This document shows, piece after piece, positions 36,436-50,072 of a DNA stretch of 64,000 nucleotides (the stretch's first letter is position 1; each line of letters begins with the position of its first letter). The position numbers and the translations under genes were made by a program. Below the pieces are notes generated by a model. That model made no database searches. It saw only the letters and a program-made list of their open reading frames with translations, and was not told the origin of the DNA. Source of the stretch: Mobula hypostoma (lineage: Eukaryota); the NCBI RefSeq assembly GCF_963921235.1, contig NC_086119.1:19096001-19160000 (forward strand), written 5' to 3'.

Positions 36436-37369
36436 AAATTTGTGTGTTACTCCAGAAATTTACAGCTCTCTGCATCAAGAAGTTTCTTTTCATTTCAGTC
36501 TTCAATGATCAGTTCTTATCTGAGGTAGAGCCCCTGAGATCAAGACAGTCGTTTCAGTTCTTGTTCTTACAGTATACCACACACCATCTCCAAAAACACT
36601 ACTTGCAGGAGAGAAAGTGCTAGCGGTTATTTAACACCTTATGATTTTGCCGAGTCCTTCAAACCAATGAGTTTATCCAGTCACTTTGTCATACCACTAC
36701 TTGCAGCAAACAACTTGTCCACTGATTGATCCACAAACATTGAGCCAAATGGTTTGGTTGAAAGTTGTTTGGTGCTTGTAACTAAGACTGGACCCCAGAA
36801 GTACTCTGTCATCCATAATAATCATATTTTCCAATAAAAATAGAATCAAATAAATGTTAATTACGAAGCTGTCGCTTTGGATTGTTCCATACTTCAATGT
36901 GAAACGGTAACTTTGTGAAGCGATTACTCATGCGTTATTCAGAGTAATCAATAAAAATATGTCTTCAATTATTTATAATTGAAAATTGGCTTCTTATGTC
37001 CTGTAATGGTTCAAAACAGAGGCGGACACTTAACTCCTTGTAACAGATGAATTAGTTTCAGTGATTAATTTATTTAGTCCACAGTTACTACACAGTATTT
37101 AAACAGCTGCTAAAACCTTGTAATTGAAGTGTAATACAGCTCATATGTTGGAGGTAGAATAGGATTCTGAGTTACTGTACAAAATAGAAGAGCTTGAGAA
37201 AGTGCTTTAAAATCAAATAGCTGAAACAACCAATTGTAGTGGGAGATAATTAGCAAGGTTATTTGTTTGTATTGAGGGTCATTTCTTCTATCATGATATC
37301 AGCTTGGTGTGTGTAGAGATAAACAAGAGATGTACATTTTGGGTTTAGCAATTAACACCAGCCTCTAAT

Positions 37370-37960
37370 GTAGTGAAAACTACTATAAATATATTTCTAT
37401 CTCTATTTCTCACTTTAATATCTCTATTTTTCTTTTCAGGGTTCTTTTGAAGACCCTGACCTGGAGTTACACACTGACTTTGGTTATTGGCGGAAATGGG
37501 ACCTGCTCTCGGGGTCTCACGACTGGCTGTTATTTGATATACCAAGTACTCAGCCTAGAAGATTAGCTGGCCTTCAGAGTTCTGAGATTTTGTGGCTCTG
37601 GAGGTGGGCGGACTTGTGGTTGGTACCTCTGTAGGGATTCAGTGTGTCATGGGGGATGGAAGGTCGAAAGCAGCAAGCTGGCTGCTAGCTGTGTGCCCAG
37701 AGACCCAAGTTCTTTGGGCACAGAGCTTGGAAAATGTGACACAACGGACTTAAAACATCATAAATCAGCAAGTTGTTTGTTATATCTCCCCTCTCACTGT
37801 GAAACGGGGACACCTCTTTTTCCCTTAATAGACAGAGAGAGAGCCTGTGGTGTGTCAAATTACTAGGTGAACGAGTAGTCTTTGGGGTACTGCAAGTCTG
37901 TGTCTTTATTGATGCTTTGCTGCATGCTTGAGTGCTCAGTGGGGGGCGCTAATGCTTTTT
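37370..37960 (+). repeat. Unclassified interspersed repeat, probably a non-autonomous retroelement
   Basis: GC-elevated block with internal hairpin tgtgcccagagac..tctttgggcaca; single copy in this window, recognition tentative. Confidence 0.35.
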
Positions 37961-38414
37961 TCTGTTTTGTTTTTATATATAGACTTATGTCTTTCCCTTT
38001 AACAACTTCTGCAGAAGTTTACAGTATAAAATAACTTCTGGAAATATTTACAGTGTTGTTTTTGAATTCTTTCACTGCTTGTGATGTCTGATAGTTTATT
38101 TCCTTAGCTGGGTGGAGAACTGGTAGATAATCAGTCAAGAAAGCGGTCATTAATTTTATACCCTACCTTTAATTACATTTAGAGTTGCCAGTAAAAAGGA
38201 GACTGAGGAATAGATAACTGAAGCCCTTAGACCCGAGGCTAACAAGGAAAAAACAGATTTTTGACTTGGTTCATTTCAAAGTTCTTCAACATATAATGGA
38301 GAATTGCAGATAACAACACATCGTCAGGCCATGGTAGACATTGTGGAAAAGAAAAGAAAAAGCCAATGTTCTTTGGAACTTGGTATCATACTAAAAAGAG
38401 TTGCAGTTCTTACA

Positions 38415-38870
38415 AGTTCAAGGTAAATTTGTTATCAAAATACATATATGTCATCATATACAACCCTGAGATTCATTTTCTTATGGGCATATTCAATAAT
38501 CAGTAATAGAATAATAACCATAATAGAATCAATGAAAGACCGCACCGACTTGGACATTCAACCAGTTTGCAAAAGACAACAAACTGCAAATATGAAAAGA
38601 AAGAAATTATGATAATAAATAAATAAGCAATAAGTATTGAGAACATGAGATGAAGAGCCTGTGAAAGTGCATCCGTAGGTTGTAGAAACATTTCAATGTT
38701 GGGGCAAGTGAAATTGAGTGAAGTTATCCCCTTTGGTTCAAGAGCCTGATGGCTGACAAGTAATAACTGTTCCCGAGCATGGTGGTGTGAGTCCTGAGAC
38801 TCCTTTACCTTTTTCGTGATGGCAGCTGCAAGAAGAAAGCATGTCCTGGGTGGTGGGAGACCCTGATCAT
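38415..38870 (-). mobile_element. Rex1/Babar 3' fragment
   Basis: Homologous to 13760-14240. Confidence 0.85.
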
Positions 38871-40291
38871 TCGTACTGTTTGTCACTGCAATGTAGCTAA
38901 TTATGCACAGTTTATGGAAGCAACTTGTCTTTTGAATTAAAAGCAAGTATAGCAAAATCAATTTGGGATGTGTGGTTGTAAGTGTAAAACATGAGGGATG
39001 TTCTTGATCCAAGGTTCTTCTAGAAGTTATGAAAGAGGCATAAAACATATTGTTTTATTAAGTGCTAATAGAACAAAGAGAATTAGAAATGGGGAATAAC
39101 AAGAAGCTAGGAACAAAGAAGAAAGAAAAGAAAAAGAATAAAGATTCTGAGCCTATGTGCTCTGCCCTCCTTATTAGAGACAGTCTATTCAAATTTGTAG
39201 ATAAGAGTTAACCAATCAGATAGCTCCTATTCAAATAATGTGATACTAAGAAGAGTCCAGAAAGAGACAGAAGTGTAACCACTAGTGGACATATTGAACA
39301 ACTACAATTGCATATACATACTGTGACCATTTGGAACCATAATAACCAGTTATATGTATAGAGGTGGTGATATAAGATACAAACAAGTGTTAATTATTAA
39401 ACTGTAAAGAATGTAACAAGTATACAGTATAATCCAACAGGGACAAAAGTTGGTTATCTGTCCTGGCAAGTCAAGAATCCTAACTAATGTTGCTTCATCA
39501 TTCTAATCGCAGTTCTGATGGTTGGTTTATCATTATATTGCAGTGGTTTCCAAGGTAACTGAAAAGAAAGGTATATAGGTCCCAGAAGATTTTCAAGTCA
39601 ATTGGAGTGCTCACTGGCAGAACTGTTTTGACAAAACTGTAATAGTTGTCATTGCTGCAAAACACAACTACCGAGGGCTCGGAAATCAGAACGGTTTTGG
39701 GTCACTCTTAATTAGGAGTGGTCTATCTGCTCAGAGGTCTACTAATTATCCTGTTTCAGGGCCTATTGGAACTGTGACACCAGATCTATCAAAAGGTAAG
39801 GATGGTGTAGGAAGGCAAAATTAGCAAAGCCGGTGCCGTGATCATAAGTTAGTAAAAATGTACTCAATATGTTAAAGTTTGAGCTCTATAATGGGCTCAT
39901 TTTCTATTCAATTTGTTTGTGTGAGGTATCAAAGAAATTGATAATGGGTAGAAATTGATTAAAAAGAAGGATGATATTCCTTTAGAGCTGATAACTTATT
40001 AAATGATGAAATTATCTTTGTGAATCTTTCTGAATTTTAACTTTGAGTGAGGTGGATATTTACTGTCCTTCCTAATTAGAATGTTCCAATAGGATGGACA
40101 CATACATTCCCTGCAGCTAGTGATATATAGGACAACAGTAGTTGGGGGCTAAAAACTTTCAGGGAGCTTGTTAAAATTTACAAGGGATCCTGAAATACTA
40201 AGTGCCATGGAGTTAGAAAATCTAGCCTAGGTTTTAAAGGGAAGTTAAAGCTATTATTACATTGATAAACAGAGTGGAAGATCAAAATTAA

Positions 40292-42212
40292 CACAAGCAA
40301 TTACGCAAAACACACAAAATGCTGGAAGAATTGAGAAGGACAGGCAGCATCTATGGAACAGTATAAATAGTCGACATTTCAGATGAGGCATTTCTTCAGG
40401 ACTGGAAAGGAAGTTGGAAGACGACAGAATAAAAAGGTGGGCATTCGGGAAGGAGGATAGCTAGAAGGTGATAGGTGAGGTCAGGTGGATAGGAAAGGTA
40501 AAGGGCTGGAGTGGAAGGAATCTGACAGGAGAGGAGAATGAACCATAGGAGAATGGAAAGGAGGAGGGGACCTAGGGAGAAGTGATAGGCAGGTGAGAAG
40601 AGGTAAGAAGCCAGAGTGAGGATTAGAAAAAGAGGGGAAGGGGATGGAATTTTTTTTTATCAGAAGGAGAAATCAATATTAATGCTATTGAGTTACAGGC
40701 TACCCAGAGGTAGCCTAAACCACCATGAGGGTGGCCTCATCATGGCACAAGAGGAGGCCATAGACCAACATGTCAGAACGGGAATGGGAATTGGAATTTA
40801 AATACTTGGATTTCGGGAAGTTACACTTTTGGTAGATGGAGCAGAGGTGTTTGATGAGGCAGTCCCCCAGTTTACCATGGACCTTACCAACGTGGAGAAG
40901 ACCACATCGGGAGCACTGGATACGATAGACCAATCCAGCAGGTTCACAGGTGAAGAGTTGTCTCACCTGGAAGGACTTTTTGGGGCCCTGAATGCAGGTG
41001 AGGGAGGTAGTGAATGGGCAGGTGTAGCAATTTGGCCACTTGCAGGGTTAAGTGCCGGGAGGATTAATGGGAAGGGGTAAATGGATAAGGGAATCACAGA
41101 CGAAGCAATCCTTTTGGAAAGCGGGCGTGGGGGGGGGGATGAGTTTAAAGGTGTGTTTGATGGTGGGATCCCTTTGGAGATGGCAGAAGTTGCAGAGAAT
41201 GATACGTTGGATGTAGAGGGTGGTAGGAAAGGACAAGAGGAACTCTTATCACTGTTAGGGCAGGGGGAAGATGGGGAGAGCGCACTTGTTCAGGAAATGG
41301 AGGAGATGCGGGTAAGGGCAGCATCAATGGTGGAGGAAGGGAAACACCTCTGATGTCCTGGAGCAGAACATCTTTGATATCCTGGAAAGGAAAGCCGTAT
41401 CTTGGGAACAGAAGCGGTGAGTCGAAGGATCTGAGAAAAAATGAATAGCATTTTTACAGGAGGCAGGGTGGGAAGAGGTATAGTCAAAATATCCATGGGA
41501 ATCAGGGAGATGGAGACAGATCAAGAAAGGGGAGGAAGGTGTCAGAAATGGACCAAGTGAACTTAAGGAAGTTGGAGGCAAAGTCGATGAAATTGATGAG
41601 TTCAGCATGGGTGCATGAAGCAGCACCAATGCAGTTGTCAATGTAGTGCAGAAAGAGTTGGAAAGCATTACCAGTGAGACTTTAGAACGTGGACTGTTCT
41701 ACATAGCCATTGAAAAGGCAGGCATTTCTGGGGCCCATGTAGGTACCCATGGTTACCCCTTGAGAAAGCTGAAGAAGAAAAATTGTTGAAGGTGAGGACC
41801 AGTTTTGCCAGATGCAGGAGGACGATGGTGGAGGGCATCTAGTTGGTTCTTCTATTGAGAAAGAAGCAGAGAGCTTTAAAGCCTTCTTGATGGGGATAGA
41901 AGTCTGTAGGGACTGGACATCTACGGTGAAAATTAGGTGGTTGGGGCCAGGGAACTGAAAGTTAGCAAGGAGATAGAGAGCATGAGAAATGTTGTGGATG
42001 TTGGTGGGAAGTGACTGAAGCAAGGGAGATAGATGGAGTCGAGGTATGAGGACACGAGTTCAGTGGGGCAGGCGTAGACAGAGACAATGGGCCTATCCAG
42101 AGAGTCAGGTTTGTGCATCATGGGTAGGAGGTAGAAGCGAGCAGTGCGGCATAAGGAAACTATGAGATTGGTGGCAGTGGATGGAAGCGCTCCAGAGTTG
42201 ATGAGGTCAGCA
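40292..42212 (-). mobile_element. Neptune-type PLE: RT, GIY-YIG EN and pLTR, degenerate
   Basis: ARFYLLPMMHKPD..RPIVS; FTVDVQSL; GVTMGTYMGP; DYTSSHP; LVYRIQCSRCGLLHVG; hammerhead remnant at 40367-40405. Confidence 0.9.
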
Positions 42213-42499
42213 GAGAAATATGCAATACTTCCATTGGCTGAAAGAATATGTCGATATTTAAGGGGTAGAATTAACAAAGCAACCCTAGTGTGTCTATAGA
42301 ACTGCCTCTTGTAATTCTAAGGTGCTGTGGACCAGAAACTCACCACAAATAGTGAGCACGTATATTGTAACTCCTCCTTTAGCCTTGATAAGGTCCAAGA
42401 GCTCCATGGCCAATATAGGGCTTTTGAAGTGCTTCTACTGAAGTAGACAACTTATCTGGTTACATCCGACAAACAGTAACTATGATGATGGTCAAATTA

Positions 42500-42710
42500 G
42501 CAGTGAGGTATAAAGGACGGGAGGACAACTGGAGAACTCACTGTCTCTAAATAGTGCCCTAGTATCTTTTACATCTAAATGAGAGAGCAGACAAGTCTTC
42601 AGTTTAACACTTCATCCAATTGAATATCAGCACCGCTTATGGTATAGCATTGAGTGCAACCAGTGCTTGAATCGCTGGAGTATCCAGTCTGAAAATTCAG
42701 TGTAAAGTGT
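42500..42710 (-). mobile_element. Ancient Deu-domain SINE (SacSINE1/AmnSINE1-like); similar remnants at ~43590-43900, ~47330-47490, ~49790-50070
   Basis: Minus strand ggatgaagtgttaaactgaagac.tgtctgctctctca..gatgtaaaagat..ggcactattt matches the recalled Deu domain. Confidence 0.6.
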
Positions 42711-44127
42711 ACCCAGTGCAATAGAAAGCTCCCACCCCATAGATCAGAAGATCGTCCTGTGAACTTTCACAGCATATAATAAAAAGCAAAGAATGCCGTT
42801 TGGAACGAAGATGTGTTTGCTCATTTGCTGGAGAGGTTAAGAAAAGCAGTAGATTACTCATTATGATCCATTAATACCTATTGTAAAGATTGTCACGGGA
42901 GGAAAGTTATGGTGTTTATTTGATCCAGGTCCCATGGAACTGGGATGGGTGGGGTGGAGTTCCTAAAGGGGGAGGGCGCCAATGATTTTGGAGGATTCTT
43001 CTGGGCAAAGATTGGGATACTACGTGAGCTGTAGTAATGGAGCCAAGTCCAATGGACTAAAGATTCATCCCACGTTTCTGGGCTTGATTTGCGAAGCCTA
43101 CCAATTCATGTGAAGAATGATCACTGAATAAAGAAATGTTGGCGATCCCAGTGGAGCTATGTTCCTGCCTCAGAGTGGGAAAAAAGAGAATAATATCCTG
43201 CATTGTACATTTAAATTACATTAATTATCCCTACTAGGAAGGGGAGCAATTAAGCACTCCAGCAGCAGCAAAGAAGGTCCTGAGGCAGTAACTTGGATAA
43301 GGGGGCACTTGCTCATTAGTCTGTGGTAGGGAAAGGTTCAGCTGCAGGATATTACCTTTTTCATGAGAAATTTTAAACTGGGTAAAAGTGCTTCACACAA
43401 TGCACTCAGTGTACCCACGGCCTCGTAATTAACGATCAGAAGTTCTAGCTCCAAGCACAGTCCTGCTTAAAACGTCAGACCGTTTCTACCACAGTCATTT
43501 AATCACATTGACAGATTTTAAATGAGCTTGTACACCAATGTAAGCTTTCTCCCAGTTTAAAAAAAATGTATAATTTGACTGAGCAGAATAGCTCAGTTGG
43601 AAGCAGTCTCCACTCTGACAAGGAGCTTGGAGGTTTCATGTGGCTGAGACAATGTTCTAAGTGAAGCAGTGAAGGGGTGCACACTATCCTTTGAGACATT
43701 GAAGATCACATGCACTATTTCAAATACTGGCCTTCTGTCCAATATCTATCCTACAACTGGCAACACCTAAAAGGTTGATGCATTTACTATAAATTAGTAA
43801 ATAGTGTTCATGTTGCATTCATTACTATATTCAACTTTGCAAAGAATAGCAACGTTTCAAATAAACTTAATTGTCTATAAAATATTTCGAAACGTCTCAA
43901 AGTTGTGAATTATTGAATAACCATCCAGTATCCATCTCCAGGGGTATTTCTGCATAACTTGCACATTTAATTTATTAATCTAAATGATCCATATTGAAAT
44001 GTGCCATACATGTTAATGTGATGTGTCATAAAATCCAAAATCTGGACAGAACCTACTCTTGAGACTTAAGTAACATTTTATGCAATTTTGCGTTTGAAGA
44101 CTGAAGCCCCACATTATTAGGTTTCTG

Positions 44128-44730
44128 TTCAAATTTCAAAGTAAATTTATTTTCAAAGTATACATATATTACCATATACTATCTTGAAATTAATTTTCTT
44201 GCAGGAATTTACAGGCAAAAAAATACAATCGAATTTACAAAAAATATTCCCAAAGACCGGCAAACAACCAATGTGCAAAAAAAGACAAACTGTGCATTAA
44301 AAAGATGACACTGTGAACATAGGTTCTAGAAAGTCCTTGACAGTGTGCCTGTAGGTTTTCAAATCAGTACAAGAGTAGCAGTGCAGAAGTTATCCATAAT
44401 AGTTCAGGAGCCTGATGATTATAGGTGTTAATTGTTCCTGAACCTGTTAGTGTGAGATGTAAGGCTACCGTACCTCCTGCCCAATGGTTGAAACGAGAAG
44501 AGGACATGGTCCAGATGGTGGAGATCTTTGATGATGGATGCTGCTCTCTCATGGTAACACTCTGTGTAAAACTATTTAATGGTCCATGAGCACTATCTCA
44601 CTATTCTTCTTTTGCACTTTATTGATTTATTTGTCACTTATGGTCATTCTTAATGTCTTGCACTATACTGCTGCAACAGAACGACAAATTCCATGACGAA
44701 TGTCAGTGATAATAAACATGATTTTGATTC
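44128..44730. mobile_element. Rex1/Babar 3' fragment (minus, to ~44580) abutting a plus-strand Rex-type tail
   Basis: Homology to other Rex1 copies; tail gtgataataaacatgattttgattctg. Confidence 0.75.
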
Positions 44731-46424
44731 TGTTTATCTTTCATTCCTCCGTGCTAAATTTAATTTGCAGCCTGCACCAAAATACATTCATCTATATTTC
44801 TTCATCCAACTTGCTTCTCTTCTCTCTTTAAAGTAATACCAATCAGTTCAGACTACAGTGTTAGTTAGCTGGTAGATCTCCAGGGTAAATGACCATTTGG
44901 CTATAAAAGAGGAGTAGTGCATCTTTTGTTAAAAAAAATCTGGAAGGTACTTGGCATCTGCTGCATTTGAATATTTGCCTCCCACTGCATGGTTCTAATC
45001 ATGGGAAAGAGCCAGTATTAATTGTTCTTTTTCTTAGATATCTATAGCCCATGTTTGTTTGTAGCTCCAATCTTATCGGCTCAGATTGGCAATGTTTGCA
45101 ATACTTTCTGAATTTTCCATTGTCCATTCTTCAGGGTATAGTAACATATTTTTATATGTTCCTTGACCTTGCTCACACTCATTGCTAACAGCAGCTTCCA
45201 GAGGTACTTTAAGTTCTTATACAGTGACTCAAAACAACATAGTGTGAGCTGGATGAGAGTTTGTTGACTCTGATCTTGTCACATATTAGTTTCAAGGCTA
45301 CACCACTTACCAAGGCACACTGGGTTTGTTTGAAAATATAGCATATGCCCACTGTGCATCTCTAAGGTGGTGTTTTGACAAAATCTTCTCATGTGCACTT
45401 GGGGATAAAATGATGACAGCTGAGGTATTTAATGTAAAGTATTTTTTAATCTGAGAATTATAAGATCATAAGACAGAGGAGCAGAATTAGGCCATCAACC
45501 CATCAAGTCTGCTCTGCTATTCAGTCATGGATGATCCTGGATCGTACTCAATCCCATACACCTGGCTTCTCACCATAACCTTTGATGCCCTGACCAATCA
45601 GGAAGCTATCAATTTTTGCTTTAAATATACCCACAGCCTTGGCCTTCATGGCTGTCTGTGGCAGAGCATTCCACAGATTCAATACTCTCTGTCTAAAAAA
45701 ACGTTCCTCCTTACTTCTGTTCTAAAGGGTCACCCCTCAATTTTGAGGCTGTGCCCTCTAGTTCTGGATACCCTCACCATACGAAACATCCTCTCCACAT
45801 CCACTGTATCTAGTCCTTTCAACATTTGGTAGCTTTCCATGAGATACCCCTGCATTCTTCTAAATTCCAGTGAGTACAGGCCTAAGGCTGCCATACGCTC
45901 TTCATACGTTAAACCCTTGATTCTCGGAATCATCCTCGTGAACCTCCTCTGCACTCTCTCCAATGACAACACATCCTTTCTGAGATATGGGGCCCAAAAC
46001 TGTTGACAATACTCCACAAGTATGGCCTGGCAAGTGTCTTATAAGGTCTTAGCATTATTTTCTTGCTTTTATATTCTATTCCCCTTGAAATAAATGTCAA
46101 CATTGCATTTTCCTTCTTTACCACAGACTCAACCTGCAAATTTACTTCTGGGACTCTTGCATGAGGACTCCTAAGTCCCTCTGCATTTCTGATGTTTGTA
46201 TTTTCTCCCCATTTTGATAATGGTCCATGCTATTGTTTCTTTCACCAAAATGCTTTATCGTACATTTCCCAACATGATATTCCATCTGCCATTTTTTTGC
46301 CCATTCTTCAAATTTTTCAAAGTCCTTCTGCAATCACCTTGCTTCCCCAGCACTACCTACCCCTCCACTTATCTTCGTATCATCCGCAAACTTTGCCACA
46401 AAGCCATCAATTCCATTACCTAAA

Positions 46425-46651
46425 CAACAGGAATTCTGCAGATGCTGGAAATTCAAGCAACACACATCAAAGTTGCTGGTGAACGCAGCAGGCCAGGCAG
46501 CATCTATAGGAAGAGGCGCAGTCGACGTTTCAGGCCGAGACCCTTCGTCAGGACTAGCGAAGGGTCTCGGCCTGAAACGTCGACTGCGCCTCTTCCTATA
46601 GATGCTGCCTGGCCTGCTGCGTTCACCAGCAACTTTGATGTGTGTTGCTTG
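46425..46651. mobile_element. Young palindromic PLE mini-element with 15-bp TSD
   Basis: Perfect 95-bp arms 46453-46547 / 46558-46652; TSD attccattacctaaa at 46410-46424 and 46652-46666. Confidence 0.93.
46519..46556 (-). ncRNA. Minimal type-I hammerhead ribozyme, core intact
   Basis: uAGUC CUGACGA agggucucggccu GAAAC GUC GACUg: conserved core, GUC site, helix I AGUC/GACU. Confidence 0.82.
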
Positions 46652-46846
46652 ATTCCATTACCTAAATCATTAGCAAACAATGTAAACAGAAGCGGTCCCA
46701 ATACTGACCCCAGAGGAACAGCACTAATCACATGCAGCCAACCAGAAAAGGCCCCCTTTGTTCCCACTCACTGCCTCCTACCTATCAGCCATTCCTCTAT
46801 CCATGCCAGTATCTTTCCTCTAATGCCATAGAATTTTATCTTGTTA

Positions 46847-47110
46847 GACCCGGCTGGTGGCATAGTGGCATTAGTGCCAGACTTTGGGACTAAAGGTCCC
46901 GAGTTCGAATCCAGCCAGCTCCCCTGCACACTTTCCATCTGTGCTGGCTTACGAGCTGGTGATCTCTTTGGAAACTCACCCGGCAGAAGGCAATGGCAAA
47001 CCGCTGCTGTAATTTGCCTCGTACGTGGTTCCCCACTACGCCAGAGAGGCGTGGAGGGAAATCGTCCGCTAACTGGAGAAACTCCAGATGCAATGTACCT
47101 TTCCTTTTCC
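46847..47110 (+). mobile_element. tRNA-derived SINE with RTE-like tail
   Basis: A box tggcatagtgg, B box gagttcgaatcc, gaaggcaatggcaaac, cctttcctttt tail; interrupts CR1. Confidence 0.8.
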
Positions 47111-47494
47111 TAAGCAGCCTCATGTGTGGCACCTTATCAAATGCCTTCTAAAAATCCAAGTAAATGACATCCACTGCCTCTCCTTTGTCCACACTACTTG
47201 TTACTTCCTCGAAGAACTCTAACAGATTCATCATGAGAAACTGCTTATTGTCAAATAATTCTGAAATGATGTGTTGTTATCCAGTATCCAGAGCATAGGC
47301 GAAAAAAAACAGCCTGTAGTTCTGCATTGTAAAAGTTACTGGTCCCTAGACAAGGCAGTAACCTTGCGTACTGTAACGTAGCTATCTATTTGGAAAATAA
47401 GCAAAGAAATTATCCCCAGATACTGGCTAATATTTATCTAATGATCACCATCACCAAAACAGTTCATCCAGTTATTATCATATCGATGTTTATT

Positions 47495-48010
47495 TGGGAA
47501 AAGATATGCTGACATTGGAGCAGCTTCAGAGGTGGTTCACAAGAATGATTCCAGCAATGAAGGGGTTATGTTATGGGAGTGATTGATGGCTCTGGGCTGT
47601 ACTTACTGGAATTTAGAAGAATGAGAGGGGATCTCATTGAAACCTACTGAATGTTGAAAAGCCTAGATAGAGTGAATATGGAGAAAATGTTTCCTATAGT
47701 GGGGGAGTCTAGCACCAGAGGGCACAGCCTTGGAATAGAGGGTCATCCATTTAGAATGGAGATTAGGAGGAATTTCTTTATGCGGGGAGTAGTGAATCTG
47801 TGGAATTCATTGCCATAGATGCCTGTGGAGGCCAAGTCATTGGGTGTTTCTAAAGCAGTGGTTGATAGATTCTTGATTAACCAGGGCGTGAAAGCTTATG
47901 GGGAGAAGGCAGGAGAATGGGACTGAGAGGGAAATGGATCAGCCATGGTGAAATGGCAGAGCAGACTCGATGGGTCAAATGGTCTAAATCTGCTTCTGTA
48001 TCTTATGGTT
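47495..48010 (+). mobile_element. CR1 LINE 3' fragment
   Basis: Reverse-complement homology to 21710-22205. Confidence 0.9.
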
Positions 48011-48129
48011 TTGTGTTTATGGGATCAAACTTTCTGTCATGATTAACTTTCAGCAATACTGAGGTTTCAGTAATTCTACATTAGTGGCAAATGCTTTTGG
48101 ACTTCCACAGTAATGAGAAATCTTTTATA

Positions 48130-48612
48130 GACACTAGAGATTCTGTACATGCTGGAAATCCAGATTAACACATACAAAATGCTGGAGGATCTCAGCAGGT
48201 TAGACAGCATCTGTGGAAAGGAATAAACTGTTGACGTTTCAGGCCAAAACCCTTCATCAGGACTGCAAAGGAAGGGGGAAGAAGCCAGAATAAAAAAGTG
48301 GGAGGAAGGGAAAAGGAGTACGAGCTAAAAGGTGATAGGTAAGGGGTCAGGCTGAAGTGAAAAGCTGGGAGGCAATAGGTAGAAAATGTAATGGGCTGAA
48401 GAAGGAATTAGAAAGAAGAGGAGAGTGGACCATGGGAAAAAAGGAATGAGAAGGAGTGCCGGGGGAAGTGATAGGTTAGTTAGGAAAAGAGAAGAGGTAT
48501 GAGGGAAACCAGAGAGAGGAGTGTAAGAAGAGGGAAGAAGGAGAGGGAACAATTACCAGAAGTTGGAAAAACGATGTTCACGCCATCAGGTTGGAAGCTA
48601 CCCAGAAGGAAC
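48130..48612 (-). mobile_element. PLE pLTR
   Basis: Homologous to 40292-40710 and 176-460. Confidence 0.85.
48228..48265 (-). ncRNA. Minimal hammerhead ribozyme, core intact, helix I weakened
   Basis: caguc CUGAUGA aggguuuuggccu GAAAC GUC aacag. Confidence 0.65.
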
Positions 48613-49410
48613 ACTTACAGACACCTTTTTCTCTTTTTATACATAAAGTTTCCAAGCTGGGAGACGTGCCTTATTTCTCTTACTCTGCCAAGCTTTTTAA
48701 AGCTTACTTTTGTTATTGATATGTAATGCACCCAGATGGAAGGATCCATCGGTTTTGCATACAGATGAGCATTTAACAGATGCCCTTTAATTTTAAGAAT
48801 CCCAAAGGTCCCTTCTAGTTGCCGTTTTACTGAGAATATAACATAAATTTCATCAGAAATTGGATGGATCTCCATTTTAAAACTATTCTGTAGATGGGTA
48901 GGTTATTTGAAGACTGCAGCTCCTTTATCTGTATCCCTTGGTAATCCTGGTCTATTATATGCTTAAGGATCTCCATTTGAATATGTGTGATGTTTCCTCA
49001 GTATGCGTCCCACCCCTCTTGCTCACTAGCCAAGAAGAAAGTTTCATTAAGGGAGGACTTGTGTAAAGTTAATGCAGTGCATAACATCACTTAATTAAAG
49101 TGAAACTATGAATAAAATTATTGGTCTCCAGTTTGATCCCATTTCTCCTTCAGTGAGGTGCCTGACATTCCTTTGGCAACTGACTGTAACAGCACACACT
49201 GAAACAGACGCACGTTTTTTTTTGCATTACTCCATGAGGCAATGGACTGCAGATTTTATGATTGTGGCTTCGAATTAGAGAGTTATTGGATATGTGCCCA
49301 TGATCAAATTGAGTGGTGGAGTAACGACTGATGACAGCAAAGGGCCAATTTACATAATTCTCTCTTCCAGGAAGAAGCCCAGCCAGGAAAAGAGATGAAG
49401 GTAAACATAA

Positions 49411-49700
49411 TGATTAGCCTTGTGCATCATAGATACATCAAAACATACAGCGAGATGTGTTGCTTGCATCAATGGCCAACAGTCTGGGATGTGCTGTGGG
49501 GCAGCCCGCGAGTGTACCCACACTTCCAGTGCCAATGTAGCACGCTCATAGCTTACTAACTCAAAGTGTGCATCTTTGAAATGTAGGAGGAAGCCGCGGC
49601 TCCTGGAAGGGACCCACAAAGTTAGGAGGGGAACTTACAGACAGTAGCAGGTATTGAACCCTGATCTTACAACTGGTGCTCTAGAGTGTTACACCAACTG
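49411..49700 (-). mobile_element. V-SINE (HE1-like)
   Basis: Homologous to 18178-18490. Confidence 0.75.
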
Positions 49701-50072
49701 AGAATGAGGTGGGTGAGGAGAGGTGGACGTGGAGGAGGAAGACAGAACAGGCTTATTTCTGATAGGGGTTTCCACAGAAGGAAAGAAGTCTTGCGTTTTT
49801 ACAGTAGTGCCTTTTACACTTTCCCAACTTACATGCAGTGACATCGTTTTGAAGTGCAGCTGCTATTGTACTTTGGGGAATGCAGCAGAGAATTGCAGTA
49901 GCACAGGCTCACATATGCAACAACGTAATCGTGAACAGAATCGGCTCTTATTGAAGGACGCATTAGCTAGATCAGCAGGGGCAGTCGTTTTCATGTAGCA
50001 CCATCCTCTGAAAGGTCAGGCTAAACCTCGGTTTAACATTTCATCTGAAAGAGGGCATCTTTGTCAAGTGGG

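Larger units (their letters stand above)
45460..47232 (-). mobile_element. CR1 LINE (RT to 3' end) with two nested insertions
   Basis: SAVPLGSVLGPLLF; EYCQQFWAPYLRKDVLSLERVQRRFTRMIP. Confidence 0.93.

Noticed and set aside
38500-39048. 182-aa ORF and most other listed short ORFs
   Set aside because: Off-frame or antisense translations of Rex1, CR1, PLE or SINE sequence, or random ORFs with no recognisable domain.
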